64,000 nucleotides of DNA, taken from an uncultured cyanobacterium (GTDB lineage Bacteria > Cyanobacteriota > Cyanobacteriia > Phormidesmidales > Phormidesmidaceae). The position numbers were made by a program, and so were the translations under genes. Within the stretch, counting starts at the first letter, position 1; every line of letters begins with the position of its first letter. The stretch spans positions 864,001 through 928,000 of the forward strand of contig CAWBZI010000006.1 of NCBI GenBank assembly GCA_963793265.1, written 5' to 3'. Shown in pieces: positions 31,584 to 41,190 of the stretch. The notes below the pieces were generated by a model. It did no database searches and was not told where the DNA came from. It saw only the letters and a list, made by a program, of their open reading frames with translations.

Positions 31584-31895
31584 TCAACGATTTTCAGCAG
31601 ACAGTTTCTGCATCCACTGTTTAGAACCTAGCTGACCGCGCATGAGAGCAGGAATACTGTAATGCTGATCAAGTGTAGGAAATTCAATCACGTCACCGCC
31701 TTCCCAGATGATGACATCAGAGAGGTCTGCATCGCTTGGAGACGAAACTGGCTTCCATCCATGCTCGCCTCTACGAATCATTTGCAAAGAATCCACAGCC
31801 CATCGTCCCTTGAAGTGTGAACCAAATGCTATCTCTAGCTCTCTAGTTTTGGGAATATATCTTGCAGCAGTAGGCATTAGTGCTGTAGATTGCAT
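31584..31895 (-). CDS. DUF2442-like putative antitoxin
   Basis: SDADLSDVIIWEGGDVIEFPTLDQHYSIPALMRGQLGSKQWM resembles 29729-30016 and DUF2442 C-termini. Start placed at ATG 31895. Confidence 0.65.
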   Translation of the reverse strand: MQSTALMPTAARYIPKTRELEIAFGSHFKGRWAVDSLQMIRRGEHGWKPVSSPSDADLSDVIIWEGGDVIEFPTLDQHYSIPALMRGQLGSKQWMQKLSAENR

Positions 31896-31962
31896 TGCCT
31901 TTGTCGATACGGTTGTAGATAACAAACTTGAAGCCTTTTATGGGTGGAATAATCTGCGGCAT
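31843..31962 (-). pseudogene. probable internally deleted DUF4160-like toxin remnant
   Basis: 39-aa ORF MPQIIPPIKGFKFVIYN-RIDKG... has a DUF4160-like N-terminus, lacks the HxPPH motif and overlaps the DUF2442-like start. Confidence 0.4.
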
Positions 31963-31979
31963 CGGCTTTGCCTTTTATT

Positions 31980-33032
31980 CTATCCGTCCGCACGATTTGT
32001 AATTTGAGTAAGTAGAGCCTCGCCGCCGAAGCGGACAACATCGGTGCAGGGTAAGCCGGTTTCTTGGGTGATAGCAGCGATCGCACCCATCGCCTCCCGC
32101 TCATCCAATCCAAACGTATTCAAAGCAATCCCAGCAACCTTAACAGGCGCAAAGATACCGCCCGCCGTCGCCACCGACTCATACATTTTCACCACCTCAG
32201 CAATCGGTGGAATCTTAAAGTCTGGGAAATGCTGAATATGTGAGAGGCCCGCCTTGTGAACCAGAATTAAATGCGTGGGCTGACTCCCTCTAATCAGCGG
32301 CAGCGTTGCGGTAGAAGCTGGGTTGAGTAGAGAGCCCTGGCCTTCGACAAAAAGAATATCGTGATCGTCGCCGTGACGGAGTAAGGCTTGTTCGACCGCG
32401 CCCGAAGCGTAGTCTACGCGGATAGCGTCCAGCGGAATGCCGTCTTCGCCCAGCATGAGGCCCGTTTGACCCGTGGCAATCAGTTTGGAGCGTAGACCTT
32501 TGGCTTTAGCAGCGCGGTTGAGTTCTATAGCCGTAGACATTTTGCCAACGGCCATATCAGTGCCGACCATTAGTACGCGATCACACTTCAAAAGCCGCGC
32601 TCTCCCACCCCCCACCGTCAGCCCATCAGGCTCTTTGCGCATATCCCACACCCACCGCCCCGGCTGAATACTACCGACCACATCAGGATCGTTATTCATC
32701 TGAGTATGCAGCCCGTTCATCACCGAAAGCCCAGACTTCACAGCCTGCTTGACTTCTTCATACCAGGGCTCCGGGAGCTGCCCGCCAGAAGGGGCTAGGC
32801 CAATTGCAAGCACCGTAGGACTATGAGAAAGGGCGGCTTCTACAGAAGAGACAATCGGAATATCGCGGTCAATGCCTATTAAGGACGCAATGGATTCGCC
32901 TTGGGCGGTTTCGTCGATGACGGCGACGATTGGATTTTGGCTGTAGCGGAGGAGTGACGTGCCCGTTTTGCCTTTGGCTCCCTTCAGCCCACCGTGCATA
33001 AATATAACAATGCGATCTTCAGGCGTGAGCAT
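31980..33032 (-). CDS. DUF1611 family protein (DgcN-like N-acetyltransferase/P-loop)
   Basis: GTDMAVGKMST, ATGQTG, VEGQGSL. Confidence 0.88.
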   Translation of the reverse strand: MLTPEDRIVIFMHGGLKGAKGKTGTSLLRYSQNPIVAVIDETAQGESIASLIGIDRDIPIVSSVEAALSHSPTVLAIGLAPSGGQLPEPWYEEVKQAVKSGLSVMNGLHTQMNNDPDVVGSIQPGRWVWDMRKEPDGLTVGGGRARLLKCDRVLMVGTDMAVGKMSTAIELNRAAKAKGLRSKLIATGQTGLMLGEDGIPLDAIRVDYASGAVEQALLRHGDDHDILFVEGQGSLLNPASTATLPLIRGSQPTHLILVHKAGLSHIQHFPDFKIPPIAEVVKMYESVATAGGIFAPVKVAGIALNTFGLDEREAMGAIAAITQETGLPCTDVVRFGGEALLTQITNRADG

Positions 33033-34071
33033 GGCAAGAGAGTCCGAGTCCAGGTAGATTGTTGGGAATTAAAGCACCGTTTCGTAGGCTTGCGCCTTGG
33101 AAGGGATCGTCTTTGAGGTTGAAGTGGCTGTCGAGATCGAGGTGGTCAGCTAAAGGAGAGAGGTGGGAGAGGGCGGTGTTGGCGATCGCACTGTCCGAAT
33201 AGCAACCAAACATCACCTGTAGCCCGCAAGCTCTTGCCGTAGAAATCATTCGCCGCGCTTCACTCAGCCCGCCCGACTTCATCAGCTTAATATTGATGCC
33301 ATGAATGCAGTGCGCCAAACGCGGAATATCTGCGCCAGTAAAGCAGCTTTCATCAATGAAAATTGGCAAAGGTGATTTTGCATGCAGTTCAGGCAGCAAG
33401 CCGTCATCTGCGACAGATAAAGGCTGCTCTAAGTATGTTACGCCGCGCTCGGCTAGCCAATCAGCCATTGTCAGCGCATCCTGTAAATTCCAGCCCCCAT
33501 TTGCGTCAATGCTGACTTTAGCACCTGATGGAACATGAGCCAGCAGCGCCTCAAACATGGCCTGATCGGCAGCAATACCTGCCGGGCTACCCAGCTTTAT
33601 TTTCACCGAAGCGACCTGCTGCTGCTCGCACCATTTTTGCAGGCGATCCACCGCGCCTTCAGGCGAACTAATGCCCACTGTAACGGCGGTAGGGCTGATA
33701 CGCTCAAGATCTAGCCCCCAAAGCTGCCAAAGCGGAAGACCCGCATGTTTGCCCGTCCAATCGTGCAGCGCCACATCAATAGCGGCTCTAGCTGCTGAAC
33801 AAATAGAGGCGTCGGCTAGGAGGGATTCAAGGCACTGGTGCTGAAGTGGATGATAGGTAGCGATCGCAGGAATTACAGACTCTAAATCGCTTTTAATTCG
33901 TTCGGTTGTCTGAGGATTAGAGCCAATACAAAAAGGAGAAGCTTCGCCCCAGCCTTCGGTACCATCGGCTTCGATGCGAACCCATAAGTTCGTTGAGCCT
34001 GCGGTGGTACCTCGACTGATAGTAAGCGGTACGCGCTTGTGGACGGTGAAGGGCTCATATTGAATCTGCAT
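33019..34071 (-). CDS. dipeptide epimerase (L-Ala-D/L-Glu epimerase family, enolase superfamily)
   Basis: KIKLG, DANGGW, EQP, DES, NIKLMKSGG, DLD. Confidence 0.9.
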   Translation of the reverse strand: MQIQYEPFTVHKRVPLTISRGTTAGSTNLWVRIEADGTEGWGEASPFCIGSNPQTTERIKSDLESVIPAIATYHPLQHQCLESLLADASICSAARAAIDVALHDWTGKHAGLPLWQLWGLDLERISPTAVTVGISSPEGAVDRLQKWCEQQQVASVKIKLGSPAGIAADQAMFEALLAHVPSGAKVSIDANGGWNLQDALTMADWLAERGVTYLEQPLSVADDGLLPELHAKSPLPIFIDESCFTGADIPRLAHCIHGINIKLMKSGGLSEARRMISTARACGLQVMFGCYSDSAIANTALSHLSPLADHLDLDSHFNLKDDPFQGASLRNGALIPNNLPGLGLSCHAHA

Positions 34072-34471
34072 TGAGCTGGTTGGCTACCTCTATCAGATTA
34101 CCGTCGGGGTCACGGATGTACACAGATAGGATAGGGCCAAGCGTACCTGTGCGCTGTACCGGCCCTTCAATAATCTGTACGTCTAAGCTTGTGAAGTGCT
34201 CTATGACAGCTTTTATCGGTGTAGATGTGATAAAGCATAGGTCACCTGAGCCCGGTTGAGGTGCTTTTGCAGCGGGTTGAAAGGGATGGGCCGCAGCGTG
34301 CAAATTTATCTTTTGCAGGCGATCGCCAATTTGCAAAGCATATCTTTCTCGTCCGTCAGATGAGTCGAATCGTATAACCTTGCAGCCTAGAACCGTTGAG
34401 TAAAACTTACAAGATTGATCAACACTAGATACCGTAAGCACTAGATGGTCTAAACGGTCAAGAGAAATCAT
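34055..34471 (-). CDS. VOC/glyoxalase family protein
   Basis: LDHLVLTV, PGSGDLCF, YIRDPDGNLIE. Confidence 0.9.
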   Translation of the reverse strand: MISLDRLDHLVLTVSSVDQSCKFYSTVLGCKVIRFDSSDGRERYALQIGDRLQKINLHAAAHPFQPAAKAPQPGSGDLCFITSTPIKAVIEHFTSLDVQIIEGPVQRTGTLGPILSVYIRDPDGNLIEVANQLNADSI

Positions 34472-34578
34472 GACTGATGCGTCTTAGCAACGGTGCGAGG
34501 CTTCTTTCAGGCATCTCTTATACTAAGGTGAGCGATCGCTATTCTCTAAACGTAACTTCTTGCAAAGGAGTTATCTGC

Positions 34579-34905
34579 ATGACACTTCAGCAAATTCAGT
34601 CTCAGCTTTTGGCTTTGTCTCCTGATGAGAAGACACAGGCGATTCAAATATTATCAGCCAGTCTTGACGGCAGTTGGCCGGGCATACAAAAGACGCCTGG
34701 CGTGATGGGCGGCGATGCTTGTATTCGTCAGACGCGCATTCCTGTGTGGCTACTGGTTAGCCTTCGTCAGCAGGGTGCAACTGAGACTTACCTGCTAGAA
34801 GACTATCCTGATTTAACGGCTGCTGATTTAACAAACGCCTGGCTCTACGCTGAGAATAATGCTGAAGAAGTCAATGCTGCGCTTCGACGGCAAGATGCAG
34901 CATAG
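34579..34905 (+). CDS. DUF433 domain protein (putative antitoxin)
   Basis: AAGGAG RBS, then IQKTPGVMGGDACIRQTRIPVW...LEDYPDL. Confidence 0.88.
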   Translation: MTLQQIQSQLLALSPDEKTQAIQILSASLDGSWPGIQKTPGVMGGDACIRQTRIPVWLLVSLRQQGATETYLLEDYPDLTAADLTNAWLYAENNAEEVNAALRRQDAA

Positions 34906-34907
34906 GG

Positions 34908-35249
34908 GTGGCTCAAATATATGCAGATGAAGGATTTCCTCGTAAGGTAAGCGAAGCACTTATAGGGTTCGGTCACGATGTATTAACCGTTCAGGATGCA
35001 GGACAAGCAAGCCAGCGTACTCCTGACGACCAAGTTCTAGCCTACGCAACAGACAGACGCCGTGCAGTGCTGACGGTGAATCGAGCTGATTTTATTAAGC
35101 TGCACAAACAGAACTCAAACCATGCTGGAATCATCGTCTGTAGCGAAGATCTCGATCGTCAAAGGTTAGCTCGAAGGATCCACGCTGCGATTAGTCAGGA
35201 GGGCGACCTTGAAGGGATGCTGATTCGAGTTAATCGTCCGCCTGCGTAG
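34908..35249 (+). CDS. DUF5615 PIN-like putative toxin
   Basis: YADEGFP, GHDVLTV, PDDQVL, LTVNRADF, HAGII; directly follows DUF433. Confidence 0.88.
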   Translation: MAQIYADEGFPRKVSEALIGFGHDVLTVQDAGQASQRTPDDQVLAYATDRRRAVLTVNRADFIKLHKQNSNHAGIIVCSEDLDRQRLARRIHAAISQEGDLEGMLIRVNRPPA

Positions 35250-35275
35250 ATACAGATTGCTCAGTCAAGCAACGC

Positions 35276-36511
35276 TTACTGAAGCTGAGTTTTGGAGACA
35301 ATGCGGGTCTTTTTGCGATCGCTCTCCGAAAGCTCATTCCCCGACTGCAATACCGTCACATTCTCCTGTAGCACTGTCGCCGCATTTTTATCACCCATCT
35401 GGATTGCGGTATTCGCTGCCGACTGAAGCATGGTGACGGCTCCTTTGCGATCGCCCGCCTTCAGCTTCTCCTCAGCAATCTGCGTCTGCCGGTACTTTGC
35501 CAGCGCCAAAATATCCTGCTGCACTTTGGCATCTACCTTTGGCACATAGGCATCTTGGGCCTCTATTTCAATCGGAAAGATTTCGGTGCGCTGAGACATC
35601 AGCCCGATAGCAGGCGCGTCGTAAGTCACGCTGAGCTTGGCAATGGTTGCTGTACTAGCAGCAAGCTGAGGAACGTATAGGTTGAGCAAAACGACGCGGG
35701 ACTGATCTTTCATCAAGTCGCCAATGCGTACGATGGCCTCGTTGCCTTCTTGAACGGTGGGCAGCTCAACGGTTTCAGGAGCAACTTGGGCGACGGGCTT
35801 TAGGTCGGCTAAGCGGGTGCCGTCTGCAAGTTCGATGTTGAGGTAGGCGTTGGTAAGGCTAACAGATTGGATGCGGGTGAATAGGCGACCGAAGATGGCG
35901 ATCGCTTCCTCTGCGTGCTCAATATAGTTAAGCGATCCGCCGCCTGCATCAGAAATTTGCTCTAAAACATCCTGGTTCCAATGATCGCCAAAGCCCAGCG
36001 TGCTCACTGTGAGGTTGTAGCCGACTGCGACATCGGCAAGCTTGATAGCTCTAGCGTTATCACCATGTTCGTTTTCGCCGTCCGTTAAAAGCAATAGCTG
36101 CGAAACGCGGTCGTCTTTACCGGAAGCGAGCTGCGAAATGCCTGCTTTTAAGCCATCGTCAATGCAGGTACCGCCACCCGCTCTGAGGCTGTCAATTTTG
36201 CGCTTGATGGCGTCAAGATCGGTTGCAGGCTGATTTTCGATTAGGACTTTAGCTTTGTGATCGAAGGTGACGATAGAGATGCGATCGCGCTCCGTCAGCC
36301 GGTCAATCAATCGGTGGGTCGCAGCTTTCACCGTCTTCAGCGGCACGCCGCCCATAGAACCGCTACAGTCGAGCACAAAGCAAATATTCAAAGGCGCTTG
36401 CGAACCTTCACCACCCGCAGAGAGCGACACCGAGAGCTGACGCTGATTGTTTTCCTGCTGGGTAGGGATATGGGCATCGCTCAAGGCCCACTGCAAATCT
36501 ACATTCATCAC
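35276..36511 (-). CDS. von Willebrand factor A domain protein
   Basis: MIDAS motif DCSGSM, GGT, LLTDGEN. Confidence 0.9.
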   Translation of the reverse strand: MMNVDLQWALSDAHIPTQQENNQRQLSVSLSAGGEGSQAPLNICFVLDCSGSMGGVPLKTVKAATHRLIDRLTERDRISIVTFDHKAKVLIENQPATDLDAIKRKIDSLRAGGGTCIDDGLKAGISQLASGKDDRVSQLLLLTDGENEHGDNARAIKLADVAVGYNLTVSTLGFGDHWNQDVLEQISDAGGGSLNYIEHAEEAIAIFGRLFTRIQSVSLTNAYLNIELADGTRLADLKPVAQVAPETVELPTVQEGNEAIVRIGDLMKDQSRVVLLNLYVPQLAASTATIAKLSVTYDAPAIGLMSQRTEIFPIEIEAQDAYVPKVDAKVQQDILALAKYRQTQIAEEKLKAGDRKGAVTMLQSAANTAIQMGDKNAATVLQENVTVLQSGNELSESDRKKTRIVSKTQLQ

Positions 36512-36799
36512 TCGGCATCGCTCCTAACGTTCAACAAAAATGATAGACACTTTCTCTAACCATCAAACTGCCCCTAGCGTACATATCATCAACACAGCAA
36601 GCGCTCATTCCGCTCAGAAACACAGGAGTTAATAGTGAGTAGTAGCCAAATTCTGCCACAGCAGCGCCGCCGGTATCTTTAGACATCCTTAGAGGTGAGG
36701 TTAACCGTCAAAAACCGACCCAAAACCGCCAATCTATGACGGCGCAGCAAGTTCACTAGCGAGCTACTATGGAAAACATATTATTGAACTAAGCGCCTT

Positions 36800-37492
36800 A
36801 TGAGTTCTCCCATTAAAGCAATGCAGGCCCCCTACGGCGGAGGCAGCATGGCTTACAAAACACCCCCACCAGACTTGCCTTCTTTGCTATTAAAAGAGCG
36901 CATTGTGTATCTGGGCACGCCCCTGGTTTCTTCTGACGACTTCAAGCGCCAGATGGGCATGGATGTTACAAAGCTCATCATCGCTCAACTGCTCTATTTG
37001 GAGTTTGACGATCCCGACAAGCCGATCTTTTTCTATATCAATTCGACCGGAACGTCCTGGTACACAGGCGATTCAGTCGGGTTTGAAACCGAAGCTTTTG
37101 CTATTTGCGACACGCTCAAATACATCAAGCCCCCGGTTCATACGATTTGCTTAGGGCAGGCGATGGGAACGGCGGCGATGATCTTATCTTCGGGTGCTAA
37201 GGGCTCGCGGGCTAGCTTGCCTCATGCCACTATCGTGCTTAATCAGGCTCGCTCAGGGGCGAGAGGTCAGGCAACTGATATTCAAATTCGTGCTGAAGAA
37301 GTGCTCTCGAACAAGTCTTCTTTCTTAGATATTTTGTCGAGTAATACAGGACAGAGTGCTGAAAAGCTTGATAAAGACACCGATCGGATGTTTTATCTGA
37401 CGCCAGAAGAGGCTAAGGAATACGGCCTGATTGACCGGGTACTGAGCAGCACCAAAGAGCTGCCAACGCCCATGCCTGTTGGGGTGATGTAG
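36800..37492 (+). CDS. clpR: ClpR, non-catalytic Clp protease subunit
   Basis: TPPPDLPSLLLKERIVYLG; catalytic Ser and His absent (GQAMGTAA, VLNQA). Confidence 0.88.
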   Translation: MSSPIKAMQAPYGGGSMAYKTPPPDLPSLLLKERIVYLGTPLVSSDDFKRQMGMDVTKLIIAQLLYLEFDDPDKPIFFYINSTGTSWYTGDSVGFETEAFAICDTLKYIKPPVHTICLGQAMGTAAMILSSGAKGSRASLPHATIVLNQARSGARGQATDIQIRAEEVLSNKSSFLDILSSNTGQSAEKLDKDTDRMFYLTPEEAKEYGLIDRVLSSTKELPTPMPVGVM

Positions 37493-38173
37493 ATGTCTGT
37501 TGATGGAATTTTGCGCGTTCCGTATAACTTGCCCGGTAGCCGTTCTTGGCAGTGGGTGAGCGTATACACACGCATGAGCCAGGAGCGCATTCTTTTTATT
37601 AATCAGCCGCTCTCAGACGGCGTGGCTAATTCGATTGTCTCGGCGCTGCTGTATCTTGACTCGGAAGATCAAAACAAGCCGATTTATATCTATATAAACT
37701 CGGTGGGTGACCCGGTAATGACGGGTCAGGCAGATGCTTCAGCCGGAATGGTTTCGATTCGAGCGGGCCTAGCGGTGTATGACACGCTTGCCTACATTAA
37801 GTCAGAAGTGGTGACGGTTTGTATGGGTACGGCTTACGGCATGGCGGCTGTTTTGCTCTCATCGGGTACGAAGGGCAAGCGGGCTGCGCTACCACATACC
37901 AGTATTGCGCTCACGCATCCGCAGACGCTTACGCGCGGGCAGGCCACTGATATTCAGCTTGAGGCTGAGCAGGTGTTAGAAAAGCGAAAGCTGATTCAGC
38001 AGATTTTGGCGAACAACACGGGCCAAACGCCTGAGAAGGTTTCTGAAGATATGGAACGGATGTTTTATCTGACGCCTGAAGAAGCCAAGGAATATGGCCT
38101 GATTGACCGGGTGATTGAGAGCCCAGCAGCGGCTAAAGATATTGAGAGCCCAGCAGCGGCTAAAGATAATTAG
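37493..38173 (+). CDS. additional ClpP-like subunit lacking the catalytic Ser
   Basis: ClpP fold motifs; GTAYGMAA replaces GLAASMGA. Confidence 0.8.
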   Translation: MSVDGILRVPYNLPGSRSWQWVSVYTRMSQERILFINQPLSDGVANSIVSALLYLDSEDQNKPIYIYINSVGDPVMTGQADASAGMVSIRAGLAVYDTLAYIKSEVVTVCMGTAYGMAAVLLSSGTKGKRAALPHTSIALTHPQTLTRGQATDIQLEAEQVLEKRKLIQQILANNTGQTPEKVSEDMERMFYLTPEEAKEYGLIDRVIESPAAAKDIESPAAAKDN

Positions 38174-38215
38174 ATTGATCGATTGATTGACCCCTTTACC
38201 TAACGTGCAAGACTT

Positions 38216-38818
38216 ATGCCTATTGGAACTCCTAGCGTCCCTTATCGTTTGCCGGGCGGCACTTACGAGCAGTGGATCGGTATTTATGAGCGACTGTTTC
38301 GCGAACGCATTATCTTTTTGACCGAAGAGGTTGATGATGGCATTGCGAATGCAATTGTGGCCTACATGCTCTATCTCGATTCGGAAGATAATACGAAGCC
38401 AATTTATCTGTATATCAACTCGCCGGGTGGCTCGGTCACTGCGGGCATGGCGATTTATGACACCATGCAGTACATCAAGTCGGAAGTGGTGACGATTTGT
38501 GTGGGCCTAGCAGCGAGTATGGGCGCATTTTTGCTGAATGCGGGCGCAAAAGGTAAGCGGTTGGCGCTGCCGCATTCGCGCATTATGATTCACCAGCCTT
38601 CGGGTGGGGTGGGCCGGTCGCAGGCGACGGATATTGAGATTGAGGCGGCGCGGATTGTGCAGGTTCGTAAGAGCTTGAATGAGCTGATGGCAGATCATTC
38701 GGGGCAGACGATTGAGAAGATTGAGAAGGATAGCGATCGCGACTTTTTCATGTCCGCAGCAGAAGCCAAAGAATATGGTCTAATTGATCGGGTCATTGAA
38801 GAGCGCCTTCCTTCTTAG
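38216..38818 (+). CDS. clpP: ATP-dependent Clp protease proteolytic subunit (ClpP3 type)
   Basis: [30 protein letters not shown]. Confidence 0.95.
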   Translation: MPIGTPSVPYRLPGGTYEQWIGIYERLFRERIIFLTEEVDDGIANAIVAYMLYLDSEDNTKPIYLYINSPGGSVTAGMAIYDTMQYIKSEVVTICVGLAASMGAFLLNAGAKGKRLALPHSRIMIHQPSGGVGRSQATDIEIEAARIVQVRKSLNELMADHSGQTIEKIEKDSDRDFFMSAAEAKEYGLIDRVIEERLPS

Positions 38819-38840
38819 CTCCCTAGCCAAAACAGACCTC

Positions 38841-39617
38841 ATGAGCTTAGCCCAGCACTATCGAACGTTAGGTTTGCGCCGAGGAGCTTCATCTCGCGAG
38901 GTGAAAAGCGCCTATCGAACGCTGGTGCGGCAATATCATCCTGATATCAATCCTGATGAGGCGGCGGTTGAGCAGTTTATCAAAATCAATGATGCCTATA
39001 CGGCCCTTTCTGAGAACGCGCAGCGTAGGGAGAGGGCCGCTGAAGCACGTGGGCAGCAGGCTGCGTCGAATGACGGCTTTAGCTTAGAAAATCTGAAGCA
39101 GACCCTAGAAAAACTGGGCATTAGCCCGCTAGACGACGAGTCCGTTGCCGCCGAGTCTGCTGAAAAGAGGCAAAGCGCTGTACCCGCTGACTATCGAACT
39201 GACTATCAAGCTGGGCTTCAGTCTGAAATGCCACCGGCTCCTTCTGCTGAGGCGGCGGTCGGGAAGCAGGTTGCTGAGCCGCTTTCTGATCAGGAAGAGA
39301 GTTTGAAGCAGGAGGCTTACCGGCAGCTTAAGGAGCTGTTGAGGCATCAGAAATTTCCTCGGGCGATCGCACTGGTAGAAGGCTTGGCCCACCGAATGCC
39401 AGCCGACATAGAAATCAACCAGTGGCAGGCCATTGTTTATCAGCGTTGGGGACGGCAGCTCATTCAAATGGGACAGCCGCAAAAGGCGCGAATTTATCTC
39501 AAAAAAGCACTGCGAACCGATCCGAATAATCAGTCTTTGTGGCGCGAGATCAATAGAGACTTTTGGCAGCTAGCTAGTTTCGGTAGGGCTGACGATTTGG
39601 AATCCGAAGGGCTTTAA
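38841..39617 (+). CDS. DnaJ-domain protein with C-terminal TPR
   Basis: HYRTLGL...YHPD, C-terminal ARIYLKKALRTDP. Confidence 0.85.
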   Translation: MSLAQHYRTLGLRRGASSREVKSAYRTLVRQYHPDINPDEAAVEQFIKINDAYTALSENAQRRERAAEARGQQAASNDGFSLENLKQTLEKLGISPLDDESVAAESAEKRQSAVPADYRTDYQAGLQSEMPPAPSAEAAVGKQVAEPLSDQEESLKQEAYRQLKELLRHQKFPRAIALVEGLAHRMPADIEINQWQAIVYQRWGRQLIQMGQPQKARIYLKKALRTDPNNQSLWREINRDFWQLASFGRADDLESEGL

Positions 39618-39630
39618 TCCCCCGTCAGCT

Positions 39631-40014
39631 CTAGACTCGGCTGTTGTCAAAGCTGCGGCAAAAGTCTTGAACGTCAGCCTTGAATACGTAGATAGCAACG
39701 ATCGGGGCCATCAGCGCGGGGCAGTCGGTTTCTTGCGTAAGGTAGTCGATTAGCGTGTTGGGCTGACCGGCGGTGATCGCTTCTCTAAACTGTGCCTGGC
39801 AAACAATGTGCCGATAGCGTTTGCTAAAGCCCGCTAGCCACTGCTCGTTAGAGTCAGGTTCCTGATCAGATCTCAGGGCAAGCGAAATGGCCGCGTCTTC
39901 TAAATCGCCGTCGCAGTCGTCAATTTCTTGGAGGGCGTCTATCGCTTTGGGATAGTCGGCTAGGCGAGTTCTAAGCTGAGCGATTTCTTCAGGCGTGAGC
40001 GCAATCATTGGCAT
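39631..40014 (-). CDS. hypothetical protein
   Basis: 127-aa ORF co-oriented with the glycosyltransferase; IDDCDGDLEDAA motif. Confidence 0.7.
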   Translation of the reverse strand: MPMIALTPEEIAQLRTRLADYPKAIDALQEIDDCDGDLEDAAISLALRSDQEPDSNEQWLAGFSKRYRHIVCQAQFREAITAGQPNTLIDYLTQETDCPALMAPIVAIYVFKADVQDFCRSFDNSRV

Positions 40015-40038
40015 TCAAGAGCATTAGATTTTATCTAT

Positions 40039-41157
40039 CTAGCCGATTATCCTACCGGAAATAATTTGATAAAACCACTGCTCGAAGCGCTCACCCCAGG
40101 CCGGAAGGGAATATAAGGTTTCGGCCTGATGGCGACATGCTCGGCGGTCAATCAAATTAGTTCTAGCGATCGCCGCTACCAGTCCCTCTACACTCTGCGG
40201 CTCTACCAGCCATCCCGTTTCACCCGAGCGCACAATCTCTGCTGGCCCGCCCTGCCAGTAGGCAATCACCGGCACCCCACAGGCTAGAGCCTCAATCGCC
40301 ACTATGCCAAAAGCTTCTATCCAGTGTGGCGTCATCAGTAAAGCCTCAGCGCGGCCTAGCGACTGTTGCAGTTGAGCAGTGGGTAGAAAGCCGCAATATT
40401 CAATGGGTTCAGGCGACTGAGCAAATTGCTGTTGAATGCGCTGCCAGTATGTGGCGTCTTCTATTTTTCCAAATATTTTGAGCGATCGCCCAGCCATTAT
40501 TGCCGCATCAACAGCACCCTCTAGACCTTTCTCAGGTGAGATGCGACCAACCCAGGCTAGATAGTTTTCAGGGTGATCGCAATAGTCATACTGAGCAATA
40601 TCTATTGCACTACCTAAAATCTGCCAGCGCTCAGCAGGCGTTTTGGTAAAGGTATCGACCTGAGTGCGGGTGTAGGCTCCTAGCGTACCGGGAACCTGAG
40701 TAGATATTTGGGATATTGCATTGTCTAAATGCTCGCTCAAAGACCCCATGCTGACAAAGTGAGCAATCGGCGTCGCAAAAAACGGTGTGAGGTAAAACGG
40801 TAGCCAGTCGTAGGAAAAGTTCACCAGCAGGTCGTATTGCGATTGTGATCGCCGCGCATAGTCCCAAATATTGGCCAGCGCCGTAGAAACAACTGTTGGG
40901 GCCGAGCGATCCTGCGTCTGTGCGGTGAGTTGCCAGTCGCCAGGGATTTGAACAATTTTTGTAGCAGCCTTTGCCCAATCTGAATCAGACAGCGTTGAGG
41001 CAGGCAAACTTGAACCGGCAGGCGCGGCAATCGCAACCTGATGGCCTCGCGCAGTAAGCACCCTTGCTAAGTTAGCCACCGTTAGCTCAACGCCGCCACC
41101 TAACCCAGAGCCTAACGGCCCTACAGGCGTCGAAAGCAGTAATAGTCGCAAAGCCAT
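40039..41157 (-). CDS. glycosyltransferase family 4 protein
   Basis: GGVE, VGRISPEKG, EAFGIVAIEALACGVPVI. Confidence 0.9.
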   Translation of the reverse strand: MALRLLLLSTPVGPLGSGLGGGVELTVANLARVLTARGHQVAIAAPAGSSLPASTLSDSDWAKAATKIVQIPGDWQLTAQTQDRSAPTVVSTALANIWDYARRSQSQYDLLVNFSYDWLPFYLTPFFATPIAHFVSMGSLSEHLDNAISQISTQVPGTLGAYTRTQVDTFTKTPAERWQILGSAIDIAQYDYCDHPENYLAWVGRISPEKGLEGAVDAAIMAGRSLKIFGKIEDATYWQRIQQQFAQSPEPIEYCGFLPTAQLQQSLGRAEALLMTPHWIEAFGIVAIEALACGVPVIAYWQGGPAEIVRSGETGWLVEPQSVEGLVAAIARTNLIDRRACRHQAETLYSLPAWGERFEQWFYQIISGRIIG

Positions 41158-41190
41158 CTCTGTAACTGACGATTAACTTTCTACCGTCAG

